Source of the DNA: a virus
Lineage: Duplodnaviria; Caudoviricetes
DNA: 53,951 bases
Strand: one strand, 5' to 3'
Virus record (IMG/VR): IMGVR_UViG_3300048672_001423
Location: 1 to 53,951 of that record
Position numbers and translations under genes: made by a program. Of the stretch, positions 39,475 through 49,497 are shown one piece after another. Below the pieces are notes generated by a model. The model was not told the DNA's origin and searched no databases. It worked only from the letters and a program-made list of their open reading frames with translations. How positions within the stretch are numbered: position 1 is the stretch's first letter; each line of letters starts with the position of its first letter.

Positions 39475-42400
39475 TTATTCTTCCTCGATTTTTTTATGTT
39501 TTCGGTTGCTGTCTATCAACTTATTTACAGCTTTATTTCGCAACTGTACCGAATGAATTGTTTGTAATTGTTTTATCCAACCTTTCAAATACTTTATTCT
39601 TATTGGTATTTTAGTATGTGATGGATAATAAAAAGTAATTTTGTTAATCACTTCTTCGGTTAGTTCGGGAAAAGCTGTTGGAGTTTCATTTGTTATCCAC
39701 ATATCTCCATTTGGTTGATTAGAATTGAATGATTCTAAATTCCATAAAATACATGGCAAAATGATACATAATGAAGAAACAGGTGAGTATTTTATATATT
39801 CTTCGGTTTCTATGTCTTTAATAGCTTTTTTGTAAACTGCTATTCTTACGTTTATTGGCAGCTCTTCGTCAAGAGTTAGTTTTGATGGTAGTAGTCTCAT
39901 TTTTTTTGTTTTTGAGTTTTTGAATATAATCCTTTAATCCAATTTTATATAAATAACCTAGATTCTCAGAATAAACCACTTTACCAGGTGTTTGAAAATA
40001 TTCTGATAGTTGGTTCATATCAGTTATCGAAAACCAATTTGATTTTTCGTCAACTTCAATTACTACGTTTTCTCTGCTACTTTCTAGAAGAACCTTTGAT
40101 ATTTCGTTCAAATCTCGATTGAACTCTTTGGCAGTTGATTTTTTGAAAATATCATCAGTATTTCTGAGTATTTCTTCTAATTTTGGTTTGTCGATTAGCG
40201 TTTTTTTGCAATCAAGGCCGATAGTATACATTTTTTCTCCATCAGTTACCTCAGCATAATTAACAATCACTCTGCCGCAATTATCACAACAAAACACCAT
40301 GGCTGATTCATCGAACATTCCTTTTCTGCTGATGGTGAGAACTTTTAAGTTTTTGTTAGATAATTTCATGGGTTTGCATTAGTTTTTTTGCTCTCTCAAT
40401 GTTATCTAGTGAGCGATTATACAAAAATTTATATTCTTGTGGTTCTTGACTATTTACTAAGGCGTCGACTAGCTCCTTGTTAAGTCCTACCGTTTCCATG
40501 AAAGAAACGTTTTTGTAAGCATACAAAAAACTTTCTCTTCTTTTGTATACTTTAATATCTCCATTTTCGTAAACTAGGTCGTTTTCAAAGTCGAAAACCA
40601 GCTTCCAGTCTTTTGATTTGTAAATACAGTAGATTTTCATTTTCAATATGATTTTAGGTAGGCTACAATACAATTAGATTCCTCGTTGTAATCACAATAC
40701 TTTCCGTATGTATACATTAAATGGTTTGGAGGAAATGGCTTATTTCTCCAAATAATTTGTTTGTCAGATGTTTTTCTGATTTCTTCAATGGCAGATTTTT
40801 TGCTAATTTCTTCATTTGTAATCCAAGCATGACCGTAAACCGTAGTTTCTTCGTCTATGCTCTCAATTAATTCCAAACTTATTATGCCATTTTCAATTTC
40901 TGAAACAATTTTATCCATACAATTATGATACAAATTGCTTTTTTGGTCTTCGGTAAGAACTGCATCTTTTGTGTCAAGATGGAACTCTATTACAAGTCTT
41001 TTTTCCATTGGTTATTGATTTGATTTTAAGAAATACAAACAAGTATTATAATTCATTTCTGGTATTATATTTGAAACTTTTGATACACCAGAAACAGAAT
41101 CAAAAGAATATGTACCTATTACAAAATATGCTTTTCCTGCTCTAATTTGAGTTTTTATGACAAGATTCGGTAATTCTTGCTTTATTTTCGAGTAGAAAAA
41201 CAATTCTGAAATTTCTGCTAATTTCTTTTTCATAAATTATTAATTTAATTGGTCTTCAATCCAATTCCAAAATGCTTTATTGCTACCATCAAAATACTTT
41301 TCTAGTAAATCTGGTATAGCTATAATCATTCTTTTTTTGCAATAAATCATTCTGTCATACCTGCTGCTAGATATAGCATGAGAAGCGTGCCAATACTGAT
41401 AAAAAGTATCTGATAAATTCATTTTTTTATTGGTTTTACTTCGGTTAGTGATTTTCTCTGTTTTCCATACACTTCAATTTCAGAAACATTATCACAAAAA
41501 AGCATTTTAAGCCTTAATGATATGTTGTTTCCAACACCTAACTGATTGTGCAAATATCCTACACAAAACATTTGGTCATTATCATTGCTATTGTGACAAG
41601 CCATTACAGATAATTTATCTGTAATCTCAAATTCTTTAGGCTGAGATTCGATTAGTTTCTTGTGTGATTTGTAATCAAAACCGTTCGGTATGTCAGCAGG
41701 ATTTACTGATTCTTTCCATGGGCAATTTTTACATTGCTTAGTCAATGGAAGCGAAAATTTTTTCATAATTCAACCCATTCTTTTTGAAACATTATTCCTT
41801 TTATAAATTCTACATTAGAAACAGTCCACCACTTTGGTTTTGTCATACCACTAAAATAAGTTATGAAACTACAACCAGTATCGTTATAATTTAACGATAA
41901 TTGACCTCTAGCAAAAACTGGAGAATAATTTCTTGTAGCTTTATACAATCTTACTTCAAAAAGTGGCACACCATTCTTTTTAAGATGTATTGCATTTTCT
42001 TTTATTAATGAAATAATATCATCGGCCGAAATCTCTTCTTTGACATCAAATATTATACTAAAATTGTCTTTTATTTCAATAATTGCTTTCATAACAATTC
42101 AATTAAAAATGGGTTTACTGATTTTGAGTTTTTGAAAATCAAAAGAAATGTTTCTTTATCTACAAAAACGTTACCATTATTATTAGCATCCAACTCTTGC
42201 TCTTCCGAATAATCACATGACTCTAAAGACACCGTATAACCTGTATTTGTGATAAATACTTGCAAAAAGGCATAATCTTTTGTGTCATTAAAACAGTCTT
42301 TTACCTGTTTTTCTGAAATATTATCTAATACCTCAGAAATATTTTCCCATGTTATCATAACTCAATTCTTTTAAGTTCCTCACCAGACCATATCTTTCCT

Positions 42401-43429
42401 TTGTTACCTACACAAGATTTTAATGTTACAAATCCTTTCAGCCCTCTTGAGCATTGAAGCTCAAATTGCACTCTATTTTTCTCTGAATCAAAAGATTCAT
42501 TAGCTGATTCAATGTCGAAGAAAAACTGCTCATTGTTATATGGCATTACTGGACCTTTTTTTGTGATTTTGCTAGTCCACCCTTGGACTCTAAATACTTC
42601 TTTCATAAGTTTTGATTTAATGGTCTTGAAATTATTTCGTAATTGTTTAATCTGCCTTGAGTCTGATTTAGGTTTTCTAGATTATATAAATCATTACCAG
42701 TCAATGTATTATTTGAATGTGCAATAATTTGTTTTACACATTTCTTTTTTGTTGTGTAAACTCCAAGAAATTTATGGTAATTATTCCATTGGTCTGAACT
42801 AAAAACTACAAATACTTTTTTCATTTTTATGAGATTTTTGATTAATAAATTGAACCGTCTTCTGAAAACTCATAGTTTTCCATAATTAGTGTTTCTAAAA
42901 CCGCTTCATCAGAAATTAAATACTCATAAGATTCATCTAACTTATTATAAAGCCATTTCGCTAAACTTTGGAATTGTTTTTCAAACAAATGCTCTTCAAT
43001 ATTTTCTGTTCTATCAGAATAGAAATCATAACTCATAGAATTTTCGTGGCAATACCTTCCTGTATGAGTAATTTTTGCGTGTACTGAATAAAAACTTTTT
43101 CTTTGGAAATAAGAAAGTTGTTTAGCAATTTTAATAATTGTTTCATCTTTCGTTATAGTCTTCAATAATGATACTGAATTTTTATTGTAACTATACTTAC
43201 CAATAAAACAAGCTCCATCTCCCTGAGAATGAAAACCAGAAAAATACACTTTCTCAATATCTAAACCCATACAATTACACAATTCTTTAAAACATTCTAT
43301 TGTATGCTCTGCCCAATCGTGAGAAACATTTGTGTATCTATTTTTAGATAACACATTTTCTTTCAGTTGCTCATTGGTTTTCAAATCTGTAATTTGGTAA
43401 ACCTTTTTTTCAATAATATCTATTCGCAT
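39475..43429 (-). CDS. block of 12 tightly packed small early hypothetical genes (39475-39900, 39869-40369, 40356-40673, 40643-41008, 41012-41233, 41240-41422, 41419-41766, 41763-42092, 42089-42358, 42355-42606, 42603-42824, 42842-43429)
   Basis: Consecutive, mostly overlapping minus-strand ORFs. 41419-41766 has a CxxCPW...CH...C.G metal-binding motif; 42842-43429 has an FSGFxSQGDGA motif. Confidence 0.7.
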
Positions 43430-43460
43430 AATTATATTTGTTTATTGTTTTTATTACATT

Positions 43461-43580
43461 ACAAATATTACATTATTATATTTAATATGCAAGCTAAAAA
43501 TAAAAAATCCTTGAAAAATACAACGTTATTACTTAAAACAACGTTGTTTTAATCAAAGATTCTTGAAATAATACAATTAA
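43461..43580 (-). repeat. conserved intergenic element copy A (promoter plus upstream hairpin)
   Basis: Near-identical to 48605-48722 and similar to 51562-51667. Confidence 0.85.
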
Positions 43581-43612
43581 CTATTTTGAGGAAAATTTAC
43601 ACTATAAAAAAA

Positions 43613-44350
43613 CTATTCTTGGTTTACAAAATGTTGGCAACTTTTAAATTCCATGCTCTGGCAATTATTTTCTTGTTCTTTGTCAAAGTAAATGCAACTT
43701 TTTTTACCACACTTTAATACATTTTGTTTTTCTGAATTTATGATGTTTTGAATATCTTGATGAATTTCCAATCCTTTAATTTTTCTTAATTCATTGGCTC
43801 TAGCGTATTCTACTTCAAAACTACTTACCGATTTAGCTATTGCAAAAAACAAATCTGGTTTGAATAAATAAACATCTAAAACTCTTTTAATTCTGTCAGC
43901 AGAAAAAGACTCAAATTCCGCTAATTTTAGCAAATCTCTCACATTAATTCCCATAACATTAGCTAAAGCCGTAATATTTTTATCTTTTTCATTCTTCAAT
44001 TCTTGTGAAATTGGCTCTATTTTTAGAAAGTTTTCTGGTATAATTTTTGTATTTCTCTCAGCTCTGCCGACTTTTTGTATATATGAAGTCTTGTTTTCTA
44101 GTGTTTTTAAAGCACTATTCATGTGTTCTTCTTTATATATTTGCTCGTAATTGGGGCTTACTTCATCTGTACTCGATAATGTTCCACCTTTTGCAAATCC
44201 ATCTTTAAGATTTTGAGCTTTTTCTTGGTCTCTTTTGATTCGAGCAATGAGTCTTTTTTTTGCTTGTATAACTTTGTACTCAGCTCTAAGTAAGAGAATT
44301 ATTAATAAAGCATTGGTAAGTGATTCGATAATTAAAATAATTAATTCCAT
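43613..44350 (-). CDS. hypothetical protein with N-terminal TM helix
   Basis: Hydrophobic N-terminus, Cys-rich C-terminus. Confidence 0.6.
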   Translation of the reverse strand: MELIILIIESLTNALLIILLLRAEYKVIQAKKRLIARIKRDQEKAQNLKDGFAKGGTLSSTDEVSPNYEQIYKEEHMNSALKTLENKTSYIQKVGRAERNTKIIPENFLKIEPISQELKNEKDKNITALANVMGINVRDLLKLAEFESFSADRIKRVLDVYLFKPDLFFAIAKSVSSFEVEYARANELRKIKGLEIHQDIQNIINSEKQNVLKCGKKSCIYFDKEQENNCQSMEFKSCQHFVNQE

Positions 44351-44377
44351 GTTTTTTTGTGTTTTTATAATTGAAAA

Positions 44378-44815
44378 TTACTTGTTTTTTCCGCAATATC
44401 TGAGCTTTGGTATTATATCTTTTCTAAGCCGTTTCAAATAGCTCTGTGATTTTCTTAGTCCTAATCTGCTTGCTCTAGTTGAAATTGCAATGCTAGTTAT
44501 ACCCAATTCTTTAGCTAACTCTTTGTTTAGCTTCTTTTCGTAATTGTCTCTCAAATATGAATCCTTTTCTTGTGTCCAAAATTGTTCTTGAGTTATTGAA
44601 TCTCTCCATTTTAAGCCAGCAGCTTGCTTTTTTAAGCGAAACTCTTCTTTTGTTAGCTTCAAATCAAGATGTTTCATTCTAGTAACAATTTCTGTTCTAG
44701 TCCTGGCAAGGCGTAAAGCCATCGCTCGCTGAGATAACTGGACATAATGCAGTCTAATAAAATCGTCTTCTTTTTCGGTGAAGACTGTGCCTTTTAAATA
44801 TTCGTTGTTTGCCAT
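44378..44815 (-). CDS. tandem HTH DNA-binding protein
   Basis: Two FT/WT.E.D..(I/L)R..Y...(M/L)A..L repeats. Confidence 0.65.
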   Translation of the reverse strand: MANNEYLKGTVFTEKEDDFIRLHYVQLSQRAMALRLARTRTEIVTRMKHLDLKLTKEEFRLKKQAAGLKWRDSITQEQFWTQEKDSYLRDNYEKKLNKELAKELGITSIAISTRASRLGLRKSQSYLKRLRKDIIPKLRYCGKNK

Positions 44816-44817
44816 GA

Positions 44818-45354
44818 TTATTTAATTTCAACTCCGTAAGAAATCATTATATCACCATAAGTTGGTTTTGATTTTAAGTCAATACCTCTGTACATTAAAG
44901 CAGATTCAATTTGATGCTGATTTAAGTCTTTTAGCTTTGGGTACTCTAAGTAAACATTTGTCTTTGGGCTGAAAGCAAAAGCATATCCATCGTGACAAGT
45001 TACCGTAAACTCTTCTTCATCATGCCCATTCAATTCCACATTAGTTTCAACACAAATTGGCATCTTTACATTGAACACCAAATTGTCTTCGTCACTAGAA
45101 TCGTCCAAGCTATATTTTCCGTTTTCTATGGCAGAATTATAACTTATCTGTACGTAATCATACTCTTTGTTTTTGGTCAACTTTCTAGTTTTACCGTTAA
45201 AAGATATTGAAGGCCTAGTGATGATTAACAAATCACCTTCTAATTTTACTATTACTTCATCACTTAAAGAGAGTGAACCAGAGCCATAAAGTCTAATTGT
45301 TGATGATGTGCCTTTTGATGTTACACACAATACGATGCCAGAGATTTTTTTCAT
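44818..45354 (-). CDS. hypothetical protein
   Basis: ORF. Confidence 0.6.
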   Translation of the reverse strand: MKKISGIVLCVTSKGTSSTIRLYGSGSLSLSDEVIVKLEGDLLIITRPSISFNGKTRKLTKNKEYDYVQISYNSAIENGKYSLDDSSDEDNLVFNVKMPICVETNVELNGHDEEEFTVTCHDGYAFAFSPKTNVYLEYPKLKDLNQHQIESALMYRGIDLKSKPTYGDIMISYGVEIK

Positions 45355-45392
45355 TAATTTTTTTTATTTAAAATTTTTCAATACTTTTGCAA

Positions 45393-45464
45393 TGCGGATT
45401 AGAGCAGCGGTAGCTCGCTAGGCTCATAACCTAGAGGTCGATAGTTCAAATCTATCATCCGCAA
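45393..45464 (+). tRNA. tRNA-Met(CAT), initiator-like
   Basis: Acceptor TGCGGAT/ATCCGCA, D stem GAGC/GCTC, anticodon arm CTAGG-CTCATAA-CCTAG, GTTCAAATC T-loop; TACTTTTG -7 box upstream. Confidence 0.9.
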
Positions 45465-45556
45465 CTAAAAAAATGAAAAAACAAAATCTAAATATCAGTA
45501 GTCTTTTACCGCAGAATTTATCTGAGGATTTTTGACTATGATTTTGTTTATCATTT

Positions 45557-45592
45557 AAAAAGTCTTCTTATTAGCTTAGGAAGACTTTTTTT
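45557..45592. terminator. hairpin/terminator between tRNAs
   Basis: AAAAAGTCTTC...GAAGACTTTTT. Confidence 0.55.
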
Positions 45593-45596
45593 ATAT

Positions 45597-45672
45597 CTGA
45601 TATTGGAGAAGTTAGGCCGTTTTCGTCTGCTTTGGGAGCAGAAGACCGTAGGTTCAAATCCTACATATCAGA
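45597..45672 (+). tRNA. tRNA-Pro(TGG)
   Basis: Acceptor CTGATAT/ATATCAG, anticodon arm TCTGC-TTTGGGA-GCAGA, T arm GTAGG-TTCAAAT-CCTAC. Confidence 0.85.
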
Positions 45673-45683
45673 CTTATTTTTTT

Positions 45684-45769
45684 AGAGAGTAAACATTGAT
45701 GGTGATATGGGCCGACTGCTAATCGGTTCGACGATTAAAACCGTTTCGGTTCGATTCCGATGCTCTCTG
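45684..45769 (+). tRNA. tRNA-Ser(GCT)
   Basis: Acceptor AGAGAGT/GCTCTCT, anticodon arm GCCGA-CTGCTAA-TCGGT, long variable arm, G discriminator. Confidence 0.85.
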
Positions 45770-45770
45770 C

Positions 45771-46115
45771 TTAATTTTCTAAGTCTTCAATGAGTTTTTC
45801 AAGCCGCTTAATTTCATCTTTGTAAGTTTCTATATTTTCCTCCAAGTCAGAAATTGTTTTCTCCATTTCTTCTACCTTGTCACTTAGCTCTTCTTCCAAT
45901 TCTTTTTTCCTATTCAATAAATCGTTACCCCAATTTCTTAATAAAGAATTTGCTTCACGTATTTGTTCCATATTCTCAAGAATATCCTTTAAATCTTGTT
46001 CATTAGAACCATCCACGTTTTCAATGATGTTATAAATTGCATTTACATCTCGAATAACTGCATTAATTGTTGGACAAGTTTGTCCTACTGGTTCTTTTTC
46101 AATGTCGTATCCCAT
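45771..46115 (-). CDS. coiled-coil hypothetical protein
   Basis: TCPxI...E.IRxANxxLRxWG motif followed by an acidic coiled coil. Confidence 0.7.
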   Translation of the reverse strand: MGYDIEKEPVGQTCPTINAVIRDVNAIYNIIENVDGSNEQDLKDILENMEQIREANSLLRNWGNDLLNRKKELEEELSDKVEEMEKTISDLEENIETYKDEIKRLEKLIEDLEN

Positions 46116-46130
46116 TTTTTTTGAAATTTA

Positions 46131-46610
46131 ACTTAGTGACAGTTTTTTTTCTGCCACTAAGTATTGAACTAAAAATAACTATACTAGGCTTTGCTTTACG
46201 CCACACTACTTTACTTAAAAAAACTATATTCGACATTACTTCACTTTACTATACAAGACAGCAAAATACCAAACTTAACTATACATAACTTAACAATACA
46301 ATACGGCAAATAACTAAACCACACTTTACTTCACATTACTAAACAGGACTTCAAAAAACAAAACTAAACCATACATAGCTTCACATAACCTCACACAAAA
46401 ATACTTTACTAAACGTTACAGTACGGAACAGTACTTAACCATACTATACCTCACAAAAAAATACTTCACAAGACATAACAATACTTCACATCACTTCACG
46501 ACAAAAAACTTAACTATGCCGCACTTTGCTCTACTTGACTGTACTTCACTATAAAAAACATTGCCTTACATCACTCTACTGAACATAACGGTACATTGAA
46601 ATACTAAAAA
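46131..46610 (-). ncRNA. putative guide-RNA array transcript (NGY-NN pentamers, UUU punctuation, 3' hairpin) of the adjacent RAMP gene
   Basis: Starts at the stop codon of 46611..47192. The terminal stem pairs fully (one G-U) only as minus-strand RNA. Transcription is inferred, not shown. Confidence 0.65.
46166..46610. repeat. 89 consecutive in-phase pentamers, + strand NNRCN (77 of 89), with NNAAA punctuation
   Basis: Read directly: taact atact aggct ttgct ttacg ccaca ctact ttact taaaa aaact ...; no indel breaks the phase over 445 bp. Confidence 0.95.
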
Positions 46611-47192
46611 CTACTTAATTGGTGTGATTTTCTCTAATTCAAATCTACCAAATTCGCCAGTATGCTCTGGACGATAAGAACCTACACCTAAGTATCTTCC
46701 TGCATACTTAATGATGTCGTTTACCGTTTCTTGAGTCAATTTGTTCTTATCATCATCATCAAGAATTAAAGTAAATTCACAACGCCATTCATTCCATTTA
46801 GGTCTGTGAACCATAATACGTGCCTTGACGTTTTTGTTTACTGCTGAGCGAGAATCTATTTCATCAAACTTTCTAAATTTGATTCTTTCTTCTAAAATCC
46901 TCCATTGACCAGCTACGATGTTTTTTAATGAACGTGAGCTGTTACCGACTTTAGCTTTTACAAAAGAACCACCATTACAGAACGCTTGCTTGAAATGTGA
47001 TGATGGAATATAAAACAATCCGTTTTCATCAATGTATGAGTGAAAATGAGCTAGCTTTTCCTCTGGTGTCGCTGCATCAGAGTTTTCGATAATACGGCCT
47101 CTCGACTTTTCCCATTCTGCAAGCTTCTTGTCGTCCATGCGATGTTGCATATATGGCGTTACTCCAACGATTTGTAATTTGAATTTTCTCAT
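46611..47192 (-). CDS. stand-alone RAMP/Cas7-like RNA-binding protein
   Basis: N-terminal beta strand IVGVTPY, YIPSSHFK (IPgssxK-like), RP...W...F.L, and C-terminal Gly-rich loop YAGRYLGVGSYRP...GEFGRF. Confidence 0.75.
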   Translation of the reverse strand: MRKFKLQIVGVTPYMQHRMDDKKLAEWEKSRGRIIENSDAATPEEKLAHFHSYIDENGLFYIPSSHFKQAFCNGGSFVKAKVGNSSRSLKNIVAGQWRILEERIKFRKFDEIDSRSAVNKNVKARIMVHRPKWNEWRCEFTLILDDDDKNKLTQETVNDIIKYAGRYLGVGSYRPEHTGEFGRFELEKITPIK

Positions 47193-47221
47193 TTTTCTTT
47201 ACTGGGGGTTTATGATTGATT

Positions 47222-48570
47222 TTAAAACAATGTGATTATTTTTTCTACTTCCTGCCCTTTTTTAGCAGTCTTTTTTCTTTCATGAAGAAACTCGTTGATT
47301 TTTAACGATACAAACTCTGGTGTTAGAGAATATTTAAAAAGTCCTTCGTGTTTGACGAATCTGTCTTCTATTTTTTGTCGAATCTGGTCTTTCGGTCTTG
47401 TCGTATCAAAAAATACATTCAGTCCGCAAATACTCGTCAAGTGAACTGTACCATTTCCCAGGTCTTCAAAAGTTAAAAACGGAACGTATTTCTCTGCTCT
47501 TTTAACATAAAAAAACGTTTCTTTTTCTTCAACTTCAACCTCGTATAAACTATCATCTTTGATTTGATAGTTAGGCAAAACAATCTTTTTACCTGTTTTA
47601 GTTTTAAGAAGAGAAACTAATTGCCCTTCTTTTTTTTGTGAATAGAAAAATTTCAAAATCATTTTTACAATTAATTTTAAGGTCTATACTTTTGCATTAC
47701 TTCGTATGGGAATTTAGTAACTCTTTGAATCACATTTATGCTACTAATTTTGTCGCCATATTTAGCTATAAATTTTTCTGAAAGAATTGACGAACCTACA
47801 TAAAAACTAAAATCATCTGCGTATCCTTTTACAGCTACCCATCTAATCTTTCCACCTTGCCTATTCATAAATATTCCATCTGGCTAATTTTCTTCAACGC
47901 CAGAACATATAATTTCACCTTTAAGGATTTTATTAAACTTTTCTTCTGTCATTTTCTTGATAAAGCTAAGTATTTGTCTGTGTTTTTGGGTGTCTCGCAT
48001 TTTTCAAAGTCATTACAAATATTACATGAAATAACACCTCTTGACTTTCTACATTTACTACCAGTTTTTGCTGAATACAAAAACTTACGATAAGCTGTAC
48101 GTTGTTTTGGAGTCATACCCTCCATTCTTTTAAGCTCAAACTCTGTCATGTTACAAATATTTGACGTATGAGTAAAATTTCAAATCGCCATTTGGCAACT
48201 TTTCAGATACATACTCGGCTATTGGGATATTTTTGACATAAATCAAGAAATTGTTTGATAGTTGTATTGGCAATACCATAATATTTTCCTTATCGCAATA
48301 ATTTTTTACAATATGGTTAAGAAATATCTTTTTATTAAAATCCATTTCATTACGCATCTCCACAAAGTGTTTAACGTAAGTTTCAACCTTTTTTTGCGAT
48401 TCATTTAAAATGATGCAATCAATACATTTCTGTAAACTACCATTAAATGGATTACATACATCAATTAAGTTGCCAATGTATTTTTCTTTAATTTCTTCAT
48501 CAGTAATCGGCTCTACTGGAAAAGAACAGTCATAAACGTGGTTTTCAAAAATCAATCTTACAATTTTCAT
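47222..48570 (-). CDS. four small hypothetical genes (47222-47662, 47677-47868, 47949-48149, 48151-48570)
   Basis: Consecutive minus-strand ORFs downstream of promoter element B, upstream of the RAMP gene. Confidence 0.6.
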
Positions 48571-48604
48571 AGTTTTTATATTTATTTGTTAATTGTTTAT
48601 ACTT

Positions 48605-48722
48605 CAAATATTGCATATTTATATTTAATAAGCAAGTTAAAAATAAAAAATCTTTGAAAAATACAACGTTATTGCTTAAAATAACGCTGTTTTAATCAAA
48701 GATTCTTGAAATAATACAATTA
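48605..48722 (-). repeat. conserved intergenic element copy B
   Basis: See copy A. Confidence 0.85.
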
Positions 48723-48726
48723 GCGA

Positions 48727-49497
48727 TTAATAAGCATCAAGAAGGAACTTTTCTATCCAATTTTTGGTGTCATTTGAAAAATCCTGCCCAAGCATCCATC
48801 TTAAATAGTTTTTTTCCCAGAAAACATTTTTGCCTTGATTCTTTCCAAAATTGAAAACATATTCACCTTTTTCATTTGTTGTAAATCTTTGAGCAAAATC
48901 AACTCTTGGTTTTCCATTGTTTACTAACAGTTCAATCGAATCGGCTTCCTCAATATTCAACTCGTGTCTTTCTAGTTGACACATAAGAACTTCATCTGAT
49001 GCGTTTACGTCTGCCATTGCATTGTGAGCATCCTCTAATTGTTTTTTTGTATAGTTTCTATAAACATTAGACAATGTTCTTGGATTGAAATGGTTGTTAA
49101 TTTTGAATGTATCCAAGATGATTTTCTTTGAAAAATCAACTGAATAACTAATTCGGTCAAGTTCTGATAATAACAAAGGAACATCAAAGCTGCCAATATT
49201 ATAACCAGATAAACAATCTGTTTCTAAGCCAAAGAAAATCATTAGTTCATCAGATATTTCCTCCAACTTGGGAGCGTTTTTTACCATTTCATCAGTAATT
49301 CCATGAACTTCACTTGCTCCAAGTGGAATAGTGATGCCAGGGTTTACATAGCTCTCAAACATTCTGAGAGTGTACATAACATTTTCTTCTGAATTCCATT
49401 CCTGTAGCTTACAGGCAATTTGTACAATTCTGTCTTTGTTTGTATCTACACCAGTAGTTTCCAAATCAAACGATGCAATTCTTAAATTTTTCTTCAT
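48727..49497 (-). CDS. DEDDh 3'-5' exonuclease (DnaQ-like)
   Basis: FDLETTG, GYNxxxFD, HNAMAD, C-terminal FNFGKxxG motif. Confidence 0.9.
   Translation of the reverse strand: MKKNLRIASFDLETTGVDTNKDRIVQIACKLQEWNSEENVMYTLRMFESYVNPGITIPLGASEVHGITDEMVKNAPKLEEISDELMIFFGLETDCLSGYNIGSFDVPLLLSELDRISYSVDFSKKIILDTFKINNHFNPRTLSNVYRNYTKKQLEDAHNAMADVNASDEVLMCQLERHELNIEEADSIELLVNNGKPRVDFAQRFTTNEKGEYVFNFGKNQGKNVFWEKNYLRWMLGQDFSNDTKNWIEKFLLDAY

Noticed and set aside
45393-45769. tRNA as a prophage attachment site or host boundary
   Set aside because: Phage-type genes continue on both sides; no integrase or duplicated tRNA 3' end was seen.
46067-46288. 73-aa + strand ORF overlapping the array
   Set aside because: It is antisense to the local genes, and its sequence is a by-product of the 5-nt periodicity.
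46266-46310. Self-targeting by the AT-only array unit (13-nt contiguous match near 51525-51537; 12-13 of 18 gapped match to promoter repeats A and B)
   Set aside because: Expected by chance in such AT-rich DNA given the many units and registers tried.
46166-46610. Canonical CRISPR array or simple microsatellite
   Set aside because: There is no 25-40-nt identical repeat with spacers, and neighbouring pentamers differ at two fixed positions rather than being copies.
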